From Ochotona princeps (lineage: Eukaryota): a stretch of 64,000 nt of DNA. Of this stretch, positions 26,930-38,760 are shown one piece after another. The notes beneath the pieces are model-generated. The model saw only the letters and a list, made by a program, of their open reading frames with translations, made no database searches and was not told the DNA's origin. The first letter of the stretch is position 1; each line of letters opens with the position of its first letter. The stretch is taken from positions 45,139,563 through 45,203,562 of the forward strand of contig NC_080837.1 of NCBI RefSeq assembly GCF_030435755.1. Direction: 5' to 3'. Both the position numbers and the translations under genes were made by a program.

Positions 26930-27232
26930 TTAAATTTTTTTTTTTAATTTTTACTGCAAAGTCCAATATACAGAGAGGAGGAGAGACAGGAAGATCTTCT
27001 GTCCGATGATCCACTCCCCAATTGATCGCAACGGCCAGAGCTGAGCCTATCCAAAACCAGGAGCCAGGAGCTCTTCCGGGTCTCACACGCAATGCAGGGT
27101 CCCAAAGCTTTGGGTTGTTCTTGACTGCTTTCCCAGGCCATAAGCAGGGAGTTGGATGGGAAGTGGGGCTGCAGGGATTAGAACTGGCTCATTCAAAGCG
27201 AGGGCTTTAGCCACTAAGCCACCATGCCAGGC
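26930..27232 (-). mobile_element. SINE in reverse orientation
   Basis: A probable TSD (ggtgg.gttttaa) flanks the element. Confidence 0.7.
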
Positions 27233-27274
27233 CCTAGGTGGTGTTTTAATTTTAAGATTAAATGCAAGGATGTA

Positions 27275-27540
27275 TGGGGCTGACTGAGTAGCACAGCAGG
27301 CTAGTCCTCTACCATATTGCTGCTGGTTCCTGTCCTGGCCATTCCACTTCCTGTCCAGCTCTCTGCGTTATGGCCTTGGGCAACCAGTGGAGAGAGACCA
27401 AGAAGAAACTCCCGACTCCTGGCTTTGGATCAGCTCAGCTTCTGCCACTGTGATCATTTGAGGAGTGAACCAGTGGATGCAAGGTCTTTCTCTCTATCTC
27501 TTTTCTCTCATTAGGATCTACTTTTCAAATTAGAAAATTA
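27275..27540 (+). mobile_element. SINE (divergent)
   Basis: The copy resembles the SINE consensus. Confidence 0.55.
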
Positions 27541-28014
27541 ATTATTTATATTTCTGTTTAATAGAAATATATATTTTATATATATAAATAGGGATAGTGA
27601 CTAGGAAGGACATGAAGTCTGTATTAAGTAATAGGAAAAATGTCTTCTCAAATAAATATGTGTGACACTGAAGGGAAGGTATGATGAAGTAATGCCTGAA
27701 ACACTGTTTAGATGACTCTTATTCCTGCACAAACCTGTGTCCTGGTGGGTGTGGAAAGGATTAAGGAAAATGCTCTGTGTTATGATGAAACTACCCGAGA
27801 GTAAGGTCGTTCATTCTAAAATTCCCTTGGAGAAGCCATTGTTCTGCAACAGGACTAATTCACGACCTACAGTTCTAGGTGAAGCACTTGAGAGGAATCA
27901 GAGATGTTGTTCTCATGAGCGCGTAGTCAGAAGGTGCCTGGAAGCAGCTGGTTGCTCCCAGGAGGCCTCGTAGACCTGTATGTGTTAGTTCTATGTCTTG
28001 GCTCTGCTGGGCCT

Positions 28015-28019
28015 CTTTT

Positions 28020-28051
<32 letters not shown>

Positions 28052-28340
28052 TAAGATTTATTAACTGATTTTCAAAATCAGGATCATAGAGGGAGACAAA
28101 TCTCCTGTCTGATGGTTTCTTCCTTAAGTTTCTGTAACAGCCCAGCCTGGGCCAGACAGAACCCAGGAGCCAGGAACCTCCATCCTGGTTTCCCACATGG
28201 CCGATAGGAGCCTGAGTTCTTGGGCCATCTTCCACTGTCTTCTCTGATGCATTGACTGGGTCAGAAGCAGAGCAGCTGGGACTCAAGGCAGCATCCAATG
28301 TGGAATGCTAGCTGCTTAGCCCCGCTTCACCGCAACGCGG
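28015..28340 (-). mobile_element. SINE in reverse orientation (other subfamily, long T tract)
   Basis: The architecture resembles the SINE consensus. Confidence 0.55.
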
Positions 28341-29034
28341 GGCCCGTGGCTGGGCTGTGTGTAGTGTGTTGATTCTTCAGGTGATGATTCTGGAGACAGG
28401 AGAAGCAGGGCCATCTTTAGGTCTAGGTTACAGCATTATCACAGCTTCCTTATTACTGTTTTCCAGGGAACACAGCAAGTAATAAAACCTGCCCACATCC
28501 GTAGTGAGAACAGCTGCCAAGGATTTCGGTTGTGGTTTTCAGTCTATTGCAAGTGGGCAGAATCTCAGCAGCTAACACATCTACAAATACTCCTTAAATA
28601 TCTACGCTAGGAAAGACAAGAAACAAGTTTCTTTCCATAAGAGATTTACACTCAGGGTAGGGAGACATAATTAAACATTCATAATCCAAAACGTCATCAC
28701 TAGTCATCTTTTACTGCATGGAGAAATGTCTTTACTAGAAATGTAGGAGACAGCACAGACTACATAAAATAAGCCAAAATAATACAAGTTCAGGGACACA
28801 GAAGATCACTTCAGCTAGCCAGAACAGCAAGAGAAAATACATACACAGTATAAAGAAAAATGATTACACTGCTGGATTGGATCTGTCTCTTTACTAGGTC
28901 AAGAGGCAGAGAGATGCAAAGTCATGATAATATTTGTAACTTCTCACAGTTAATAAATAACTTTCATATCTATATTCATTTGATTTCAGAGCACACTGTG
29001 ACAAGGACAGGCAAGCCAAGAAAATATTTATATT

Positions 29035-29352
29035 TTTTAAGGTTTATTTATTTATTGGAAACGCAGATTTACAGAGAAGAGACAGAAACATCTTCTGTCT
29101 TCTGGTTCACTCCTCAAATGGCTGCAACAACTGAGGCTGAGCCGATGTGAAGCCAGGAGCCAAGAGCACCTTCTGGGTCACCCTGCGGGTTGCAGGGTGA
29201 CAAGGCTTTGGGACATCTTCCACTACTTTCCCAGGCCACAAGCAGGGAGCTGGAAGGGAAGTAGAACAGCCAGGATACAAACTGGCACCCATATGGGATG
29301 CTGGTACTTGAAGAGGGAAGATTAATCAGTTGAGCCACTGTGTCAGGCCCGA
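29035..29352 (-). mobile_element. SINE in reverse orientation
   Basis: The copy resembles the SINE consensus. Confidence 0.7.
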
Positions 29353-29429
29353 CCAGGTGTGGAAATAGATTTTTTAAGTGTCATTTGTGCTAAGTGAGAG
29401 CTTGAAGCAGGACCAGAAAGTGAGATTGG

Positions 29430-29750
29430 GCCTGGCGCCGTGGCCTAGTGGCTAAAGTATTCACCTTGAGCGCGCCCGGGATCCCATATGATCACCGGTT
29501 CTAATCCCGGCTGTCCCCTTTTCCATCCAACTCTCTGATTGTGGCCTGGGAAAGCAGTGAGGATGGCTCAAAGCCTTGGGACCCTGCACCCACATGGGAG
29601 ACCCAGAGGAGGATCTGGACTTCAGATTGGTGCAGCACCGGGCATTGCTGTCACTTGGGGAGTGAATCATTGGATGGAAAATATTTCTCTCTGTCTCCTC
29701 CTCTCTTTATATATCTGACTTTTCAATAAAAATAAATAAATATTTTTTTA
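29430..29750 (+). mobile_element. SINE
   Basis: The copy resembles the SINE consensus, and the flanks share gaaagtgag. Confidence 0.75.
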
Positions 29751-30074
29751 AAAAAGGAAGAAAAGTGAGGTTTCTTGTTTTATGGCATTTTACACTTCTG
29801 TGACCTACAATACACATTGCAAAGGGCAGAAGCATAGAGGTGACAGAACACAAGATCCTTGGGGTAGAGTGGTTGCTTTGCTCAATGCCTGACATGGAGA
29901 AGCGGTTTGCTAAGTGATTATTAAATGAACTGACTAGCCTATACCCATCCTGAGCTAACTCTGTTGAGTACTGAGCAGTCCTGTTAGCTGCAGCCCCAAG
30001 CGAGGTGGACACTCAGCAGGGACACGTCATTGGGACTGGCATTGGTTCTGGCCAGTTGATGCCTATATTATTAT

Positions 30075-30360
30075 TTTTTTTTAAAGAGTTGTTTATTCTG
30101 TTTCATTGGAAAGTCACATTTACAGAGAGAAGGAGAGACAGAGAGAAAGATCTCCCATCCACTGGTTCACTCCCCAAGCAGCAACCATGTCTGAAGTGAG
30201 CCAATTCAAAGCCAGGAGCCAAAAGCTTCTTCTAGGTCTCTCATGTGGGTGCAGGGTCCCAAGGTTTAGGAGCCATCTTCTACTGCTTTCCCAGGCCACA
30301 AGCAGAAAGCTGGATGGGAAGTAGAGCAGCTGGGACATGAATTGACACCTATTACCTGTG
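30075..30360 (-). mobile_element. SINE in reverse orientation with TSD (tgcctatatta)
   Basis: The TSD is seen at both flanks. Confidence 0.8.
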
Positions 30361-30599
30361 CCTATATTAAATGAGTTAAATATTTTATTATTATCTCTGG
30401 GAAATGTTGGGTATCCAATATTATACTTGCAATTTGCTTGACAAGAAAAATCAGGCCATGGCTGATGATTAGTTTGCTAGTACAACTATAACAGAACATC
30501 ACAGATTCATGGTTTAAACCATGCATATTTGTTTTTCCTCAGTTCTGGAGATTTGAGCAGGTTTACATTCTCCTGAGGCTTCTCTCTTTAGCTTGCAGT

Positions 30600-30830
30600 A
30601 GTTTATTTTATTTGAAGGGGAGAAAGAGAGAGAAAATCTTCCATTTGTTTGCTCACTCCCTAAATGCCCACATCAGCCAGGACTGGGCCAGACCAAAGTT
30701 AGAAGCCCAGAACTCAAGCTGGATTTCCATGGAGACCCAAGCACTAGAGCTGTCACCTGCTGACTCGTAGGGTACACAGTAGCAGAAACCTGTCCTTAGG
30801 AAGGGCCAGGACTCAATCCCAGGCTCTCCA
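30600..30830 (-). mobile_element. SINE-like fragment followed by a 15-bp tandem repeat (caatcccaggctctc x3, 30815-30860)
   Basis: Both the fragment and the tandem repeat are seen directly in the sequence. Confidence 0.45.
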
Positions 30831-30949
30831 ATCCCAGGTTCTGCAATCCCAGGCTCTCCTGGGGATGCGAGCTCCCCAGGCAGTCTCAAACTGAGCTGCC
30901 AACTGCCCCAAGTGGCCAATATCTTGCCGTGTGCCTGATTTTCTGCTGC

Positions 30950-31255
30950 TGCTTTTTTTTTAAAGATTTATTTTAGTTTTTATTGTAAAGTTATATATAC
31001 AGAGAGGAGGAGAGACAGAGAGGAAAATCTGTCAATTTATTCACTCCCCAGGCAGCCACAACGGCTAGAGCTGAGCCAATCCAAAGCCAGGAGCCAGGAG
31101 CTTCTTCCGGGTCTCGCATATGGACACTGCTTTCCCAGGCGACAAGCAGGGAGCTGAATGGGAAGCAAGGCTGCCAGAATCAGAACCGGCACCCATATGG
31201 GATCCTGGTGCATGCAAAGACAAGCACTTTAGTTGCTAGGATACCGTGCCCAAGC
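30950..31255 (-). mobile_element. SINE in reverse orientation inserted into a (CTG)n tract
   Basis: ctgctgctgct is seen at both flanks. Confidence 0.75.
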
Positions 31256-31919
31256 CCTCTGCTGCTGCTGCTTCTAAGAATATCAGTCCTGTAGGACTAT
31301 GACCCTACCCTACTGACCTCATCCAGGCTCAATTATCTGCTTAAAGGCCTTGTGTCCAAATATGGGCAAATTGGTGGCAAGCTTCAATGTATGAGTATTC
31401 AAAGAGCTGGAAATGATTTGTTTCTTCAGGCTTTCAACCAAGAGGAACTAGGATTGGGTGTGCCTGGTTAGAGCAGGGCAGGAAACATTTGTCTAATAGG
31501 ACTCAAGTGTAGATTTGATTTTTTGCCCAGATATTTCACATGCCCTGTCACTTTTTTTTCCCTGTGGGAGAATAACCCAAGACATGGCTCCATTTCCTGT
31601 ATAGAAAACACTTCTGGTAAATGCAAAATGAGTTAACCAGAAATGAGGGTGGTATAGAGAGCTGTTTGGGGGTAGAATAGAATGTAGTTTGGTTTTAAAG
31701 GATTTTGTTTTAGTTAGCTTTGCCCTTTGTTCCTTATGTATCCTACCCATTCCAGCTCTTGTTATTGTTTTTGTTTTAAATCTTTAACATTGAAGGACTA
31801 CTTAGCAGAAGTCTTTGGAATTGAAGATACAAGCTGTCCTTTCTCTCTACTGTGCTGATCCTACCAGTGAGTGAAGTCCACAACAGCCAGAGTTATTTTT
31901 TTCCAAAGTAGACCTCCTG

Positions 31920-32250
31920 GGCCCAGTGGGCTAGCTAGCTAGCCTAGCAGCTGTAGTCCTCACCTTTAATGGGCCGGAATCCCATATGCATTCCAGTTCT
32001 AATTCCGGTAGTCCTGCTTCCCATCCAACTCCCTGCTTGTTGCCTGGGAAAGCAATCAAGGATGCCCCAAAGCCTTCAGACCCTGCACCCATGTGGGAGA
32101 CCCAAGGGAAGTTCCTGGTTCTTGGCTTCAGATTGGCTCAGCTCTGGCTATTGCAGCCATTGGGGGATTAAACCAGCAGATGGAAGATCTTTCTGTATCT
32201 TTTTCTGTGTAAATCTGCTTTCCCAATAAAAATAGAAACATTTTTTTTTT
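31920..32250 (+). mobile_element. SINE
   Basis: The copy resembles the SINE consensus. Confidence 0.75.
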
Positions 32251-32267
32251 AAATGACCCTGTTATAG

Positions 32268-32600
32268 GCCCGGCAGCGTGGCCTAGCGGCTAAAGTCCTC
32301 GCCTTGAACACACCAGGATCCCATATGGGCACTGGTTCTAATCCCGGCAGCTCCACTTCCCATCCAGCTCCCTGCTTGTGGCCTGGGAAAGCAGTTGAGG
32401 ACGGCCCAATGCTTTGGGACCCTGCACCCACGTGGGAGACCTGGAAGAGGTCCCTGGTTTCCGGCTTCGGACTGGCGCAGCACCAGCCGTTGCGGTCTCT
32501 TGGGGAGTGAATCATCAGACGGAAGATCTTCCTCTCTGTCTCTCCTCCTCTCTGTATATCTGACTTTGTAATAAAAATAAATAAATCTTAAGAAAAATGA
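32268..32600 (+). mobile_element. SINE (near-consensus) with TSD (aaatgaccctgtta), adjacent to the previous SINE
   Basis: The TSD is seen at both flanks. Confidence 0.85.
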
Positions 32601-32794
32601 CCCTGTTAATGGGAAAAAACCATAAGATCAAATAATATTTTCAATTTCTATATTGAAGTAGAGAAAAGTCAAAGATCAAGAACTTGTGATGGAGGCAGGG
32701 GTAATTAAAGACAAGGATGATCTGAAGAAATTTAACATCTTAGGTGAAAGCGGCAGGAATAAAAGGTGATTCCTAGCTTAAAAAAAATCCTATC

Positions 32795-33112
32795 ATTCTT
32801 TTTTTCTTTAAGATTTGCGTATTTTTATCGAAAAGGCAGACTTACAGAGAGAATGATCTTCCATCCATTGATTTATTCTCAAATGGCCACAACGGCTGAA
32901 GCTCAGCCAATGCAAACCCAGGAGCCAGGAGCCTCCTCTGGGTCTCCACATGCATATGGGGTCTGAGGGATTCAGGTCATCCTCCACTGCTTTCCCAGAC
33001 CACAAGTAGAGAGCTAGAAGGGAGGCAGAACAGCCGTGACATGAAGTGGCACCCATATGGAGTGTCAATTTGCAGGCAGAAGATTAGTCAATGGAGCCAT
33101 TGCGCCAGCCCC
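32795..33112 (-). mobile_element. SINE in reverse orientation
   Basis: The copy resembles the SINE consensus. Confidence 0.7.
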
Positions 33113-33199
33113 AAGAATTCTAACATTAGTACAGAGGAGTTTTGAGATTTTATATTTTACAAATTTGTGAAAAATTACAGGGTGGACATTTGTCATGAT

Positions 33200-33480
33200 A
33201 GTGGAGACCCAAGTTAGGACGTTCAGATCCAGTACTGGAGTGCCTGGGTTCCAGTGGGTACTCCATTCCCAATCCCAGCTTCCTCTTGATGTGCACTGTG
33301 GGAGACAGCAGGTGATGGCTCTTGTTCTTAGGTCCCTGGCACCCACCTGGCAGGGACCTGGACTGACTTCCTAGTAGCTAGCTATTGCAAGCATCTGGGG
33401 ACTGAATCAGTAGATGCGAAAACTCTGTTTTTATCTCTGACTCCTTGCCTTTGCAATACATAAACTAAACAAATATGTAA
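33200..33480 (+). mobile_element. SINE-like element (divergent)
   Basis: Only the conserved core is recognisable. Confidence 0.45.
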
Positions 33481-34894
33481 TTAAAAAAATGATTGGAGCT
33501 GTATTTGTTTGTATAGTTGCTGCTGTTATAAGTTCTATCTGGAGCCATCTCCCTCCACAAAACAACATGGGGCAGCTGTAGCACTTGTCCCTGCCACTCC
33601 TGTTTCTTTGATCTTGAGGATAGAAGATGGGTGTGTTACTAAGTATATGCCTGAACAAAGGAGTCCTTCTCAACAACGAAGGAATGGTAAGAGGAGAGAG
33701 AAGATAATAAGGCAGAAATGGATTATAATCACACTCAGGTTGGTGATGGTTTGATTCCTGATTACAGTAATCCTAGAAGTATTTTTTATCACAAGTTTAG
33801 AAAAAAACTCACAGTTGTAGGTTCTGTTACTTAGGTAAGGAATAGCACTATGCTATGCACTAGGGTAGCCAGTAGCTACTTGTAGATGTTGAGTAGTTAC
33901 AATCTAATAAATATAACTAGGAGACTGAATTTTTACAATTATTTCATCTTATTTAATTTTATTATATTACCTAACCATATAAGAGTGAAGGTTACTTTTT
34001 GGACAAGGTAGTACTTTAGTTGGTGTTTCTTTCTTTTCTTTTTTTTTTCTGTATCTTAGAATGGGGTGGAGGTGGTGGGGAGGTGAGGAGGAAGGGGAAG
34101 AAGAGAGGTTGGGGGGAGGCAGGTAGAAGTGAGAGACAGATCCTTTTGGAGGGCACCTTGATGCCATTCAAGTGAGCCTGCAAGGTGTGGAGGGCGGGGA
34201 TTGGGAAGGATTGAGGGCAAGCCCCATGGGATTGGTGTCTGAGACTGTCACAGGTGATTGCCTAAGAATGATTGGTAAGCGGGTGGAGTTGGGAAAGGGG
34301 CTGGGAGATTGGGGGTGGGATTCTCAGGTGAAATGCCGGGTTACTTCTGATTGGTGGTGGATGACTGGACTGGCAAGAATTTTCTCAGCTATGAGGAAGA
34401 GGAAATGGCACCGGGTCCAGGGTGGGATATTCTAATAACTCCTTACATTCCTTCCTTTTGTTATACATAAAGGAAAAGGGGCATTGTCTCTATGGTTTCT
34501 TCAAGCTGAGTTTACTAATGGCAATGGTTGCAGCCTGGTGGGAGGAATGAGAGATGGAGGGACACTTCTAGACCTGTAAAGAAACTGGTTAATGGTTTGA
34601 TTAAAAAAAAAAAAATTTACATCTGAGTGGATGACACAGGAATGGAGCGAGGGGTTATTCAAAGTCCTTTTGAAAAGCTGGCTTCAGTTCTCTTTTTCTC
34701 TTACCCAGGCCTTCTTGTGCTTTGGTCATTGATTCTTCATTACTCCTGAATGATCAACGTAGACAAGGTAGCCTCACCAGGAACCAGAGACCCTGACTGC
34801 CTATCATCCTATCTGACTCCTCACATTTCCAAGCAGAGGAATGAACCCTAGCTGCAATTTTGGTTAGGTGGATCTGCACAAACAAGAGAGAAGG

Positions 34895-35112
34895 GGGCCC
34901 AGAGCGGTGGCCTAGCAGCTTAAGTCCTCACCTTGAACACGCTGGGATCCCATATGGGTGCTTCTTCTAATCTCAATTCCCATCTGGCTCTCTGCTTGTG
35001 CCCTGGGAAAGCAGTTGAGGATGGCCCAAAGCCTTGGGACCCTGCACCCACGTGGGATACCCAGAAGATCTGGGCTCCTGGCTTGGGATCGACGCAGCAC
35101 CAGCTGGTGCTA
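34895..35112 (+). mobile_element. SINE 5' fragment in arm A; the full-length counterpart in arm B is at 63350-63665
   Basis: The head sequence matches, and it is truncated at ..ccagctggtgctagg. Confidence 0.7.
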
Positions 35113-36014
35113 GGTGAATTCATAGTTTGAGATAACCTTTTGAACATTAGATTAGGCTACATTCCTTCCAATAACAAAATATGTTTGCGAAGTTGGTTTT
35201 AGGAGATGCTCCTGATATGGAAACAGTAAGTAAGTGGTTGCAAAGTCAAGTCTCAAGGTTTGTTAAATTGTACAAAGCCAAGCAATACTTGCAATAAGTA
35301 AGTACTTGCAAAGCCATAAGTACTTGCAATTTTCTTTAGAATGAATTAAAAAAAAAAATTCTAGCTTCCATGTGTTTCTTTCCCACATGATAAGTAAGCT
35401 TTTGGGAGCAAATGGCCTAAAAACAAGACTGTGAAGTATTTCTCTTGATCTAGAGGTGCTGTGAGACATTGTTGGGATACTAAGTGCAATGTGACCTGGG
35501 AACCTGGGCAGTCTGGACTGGAGTATTGAGAACAGATCAAAGCAGTCTTAGAGGAATAGAATGTGGAAATTTGGTGTGAGATGATCTCAAGGGAGATGAT
35601 GGACATTTCTTGGGCCATTCATGGATTGGGCCACCAAGTATCTGTTCACAACACTGCAGAAGCATACTTGTTCATAAAACACCCATTAAGGAAAGTAAGA
35701 TACGTAAAAATGATTTACTAATGACAGGTGTAGGACAGGGCCCCAGATAGTACTTGATGTCCCCTGGAGTGCCATCCTTGATAGACCATACCTAAAAATG
35801 TGGCCTGAGGAGGTCTGCTACACATAGGGAAGGGAAGTGGGGAGAAAGAAATTAGGAAAGGATGACTTGTGTGTAACAAGAAAGATGTTGTCGGTTCTGT
35901 TACACAAAGAGGCAACTACAGAGAGGGACAGCACACTCTCTACTATTTTTTTTTTTTTTTGTCAATAGCCAAAGTTTATTAGTGGCATCATGCTTTTATA
36001 GAATGAGGGTCATG

Positions 36015-36338
36015 GGCCTGGCAGTGAAAGTCCTGGCCTTGAGCATGCTGGGATCCCATATGGGCACCAGTTCTAATCCCGGCTGCCCCCCTTCTCATCC
36101 AGCTCCCTGCTTGTGGCCTGGGAAAGCAGTCGAGGATGGCCCAAAGCCTTGGGACCCTGCACCCACATGGGAGACCTGGAGGAAGTTCCTGGCTCCTGGC
36201 TTTGGATCGGCGCAGCTGCTGCCATTGTGATCACCTGGGGAGTGAATCATCAGACAGAAGATCTTTCTGTTTCTCCTCCTCTCTGTATATCTGACTTTCC
36301 AATGAAAATAATTAAATCCTTAAAAAAAAATATGAGTT
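36015..36338 (+). mobile_element. SINE in arm A (counterpart at 61375-61655 in arm B, partly diverged)
   Basis: The copy resembles the SINE consensus. Confidence 0.75.
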
Positions 36339-36496
36339 CCACATAGGATAAAGGAGGAGGTATGGAGAATCTTACATATTTCCCACAAGCCTGTCTACAG
36401 AACCCATCAATTGTTTCTACACCCTTGTCTGAAAATATTTGTTTTGTATATCCAATCCATTGTTGCCACTCATAAGATATTCGATCAATTGTTTTC

Positions 36497-36647
36497 TTTT
36501 TTTTTTTTAATTTTTATTTTTATTACAAAGTCAGATACACTGAGAGGAGGAGAGACAGAGAGGAAGTGGAGCTGCCGGGATTAGAACCAGCGGCCATATG
36601 GGATCAAGGCAAGGACCTTAGCCACTAGGCCACGCCGCCAAGCACGA
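36497..36647 (-). mobile_element. Internally deleted SINE with a 15-bp TSD (cgatcaattgttttc), specific to arm A
   Basis: The TSD is seen at both flanks, and the element is absent from the mirrored arm B position. Confidence 0.75.
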
Positions 36648-38594
36648 TCAATTGTTTTCATACAAATGATATCCTATCAAGTGTCCTTCTACAAATCTTT
36701 ATTTTGTAAATTAGGCCTGAGGAATGTGTTTATGGAGAATGTGACCTTGGAAGGTGTATCACCCTGGCCGAGGTGTGGTCTGGTAAACTCCTGTCTTTGC
36801 TTGTCATCTACATGTACATGTCTTTGGTAGAATGCTTGTTTGTTGGTCAGCCCTGAGAAAGTTCACAGAAATAAGTGCATGGATTTCAAATTTTCTTACA
36901 CCAAAATAAGCTTATGTTTCATGTTTCCCATATATTGACGACTCCCCACAAACTGCTGGAGAGACACTGCAGTAGATTGAACCCAGCTTGTTTTCCTATT
37001 GTAGAAATATTGCATCCTTTTGTTTTGAAGCCACTTACTGCAGAGAGTCCACTAAAATGAATTGTTTAAATTTGTAATAATTTAGAAATAATCCTGTTCC
37101 AATCCTGCCTCTGTGTAAACGGAATCAGATTTGGGGTATTTAAAAATAACACCTTAATAGCTGGACTTTATACTTGGTATATGTTTACAAGGAAAGAATC
37201 TTGATTGAATTTGAACTGTAATACTGCATCAAGGTCGAGGAAGCCACCAGGGGGGAGGGGCGTGGGGGGGATTCCCAGAGCCTATGAAACTGTAACATAA
37301 TGCAAAATAATTAATAATAATAATAAATAAAAAAAAAACCAACACCTTCAGTAAGGAATCAAATACATGAGCCATTTTTTACTTATGACCCAATCGTTGA
37401 AAAGAATGCCTTCAAAGGTTCAAAACTGCATGGTCTCATTAGTGAAGTGAAACTTCAGTTTTAGACCACTCTCTTGTTAGTTTTGCTAAAATCATGGAAT
37501 GTATAAAGACAGTAATAAAATTACTACGTGCCAGAATAATCCATTTGTTTGACATTGGTCTCAGTTCTTTACATTCCTTTTCCCCCCCGTACCAATGATG
37601 TTTCTGCTGTCGTCCCTGTCACTAACAGTTCTGGTGTATAGTTGATGTCCCATAAATATTTGTTCAAGGAAGGGGAGACACCAGCTTGGAGAACAGTGTG
37701 ATTGGGCTATGAGTAAAATGGCAAGCAGCAACCTAGAGTTTCAGGAGAAAGAACAGGCGGACAGCTCCAATGACGAAGCTTTGGGCCATTGATTTGTCAT
37801 TTAACATGAGGTGGGTTAAATTTGTAAAACTAGGGAGAAAAATAAAAATAACTGAATTTTTACTGATAATTTATGTAGTTGTGTTAGAAGCATTTTTCAT
37901 CTTGGGGCAGGATTTTCTCTAGTTATCTGAATGGCATATATCCAGTCCAAAGGAAATTAAAGGATCTTTCCCATCTTTCCGTGCTCTGGCATCTCATCCT
38001 TTCGTGTCTGGGATCCAGAAATTCTTGCCCTAGAACTTTTCTTCTCCCCATCCGGACTGGACGTGTATCTTCTCTCAATCTCCCACAAACTGCAAGTCTT
38101 CCCTTGTCCAGGAAGCCAGACACCCACTCACTTCATTTTTTTTTTTCTTATTTATATGCTGAGTCTACGTACTGTTTCCCTACTCCCCAGTAACACCCTG
38201 CCTCCTGATCTGCCCTGACTGCCAAGGGAGGTTGAAAGGGAAGGTTTGTGACATAAAAAAGAGTAAGTATATGACCCACTTCATTGTATTCCGCCGTTGC
38301 GTTCGCTCTCCGCGGTTTGAAACTTGTTCTTTTCACGTGGCTTAGGGATTTACCTTAGAGAGCTGGGAGCCGGGTGGCAGGTTGAACCGCACATCTTGCG
38401 GCTTCCAGGCCTCCTTGCTGCAAAAGCCAGACCGCGAAGACAAAGTGGGTACAGGGATAAGATGCTGGATGCCACCCCATAACAACCGGAGCGGGTAGAG
38501 AGGGACCAGAGCTGGGAAAAAGGTTTGTGTCCCCATCTGGGGCGATTGAATCAGGTTCTGTCACCATGACGACAAGGGCCGGCCCGCGTGCTCC

Positions 38595-38650
38595 CCTGCC
38601 ATTGGCTGCGCACTCCATGGACCGGAGATATAAGCCTGCGCTAGGGAACA
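38595..38650 (+). promoter_or_regulatory. PNP: PNP copy A core promoter with an inverted CCAAT box and TATA box
   Basis: ccattggct lies at about 38599-38607 and TATAAG at about 38629-38634. Both are about 115-150 nt upstream of the ATG at 38750, inside a CpG-rich block (38300-39100). Human PNP is known to have a TATA plus inverted CCAAT promoter. Confidence 0.6.
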
Positions 38651-38749
38651 GTGAACTAACTGTGCTGCCTAGAGCCAGCTACCTTCTCCTTCTCTCGTCG
38701 GAGCGGATCGCAGCTAGGCAAAGGCTCTTGGAGAGGACCACGCCGGACC

Positions 38750-38760
38750 ATGGAGAACGG
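38750..38760 (+). CDS. PNP: PNP copy A exon 1 coding part (MEN + GG)
   Basis: The sequence is ggaccATGGAGAACGG|gtgagc, and the phase joins exon 2 (GG+A gives Gly). Confidence 0.8.
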
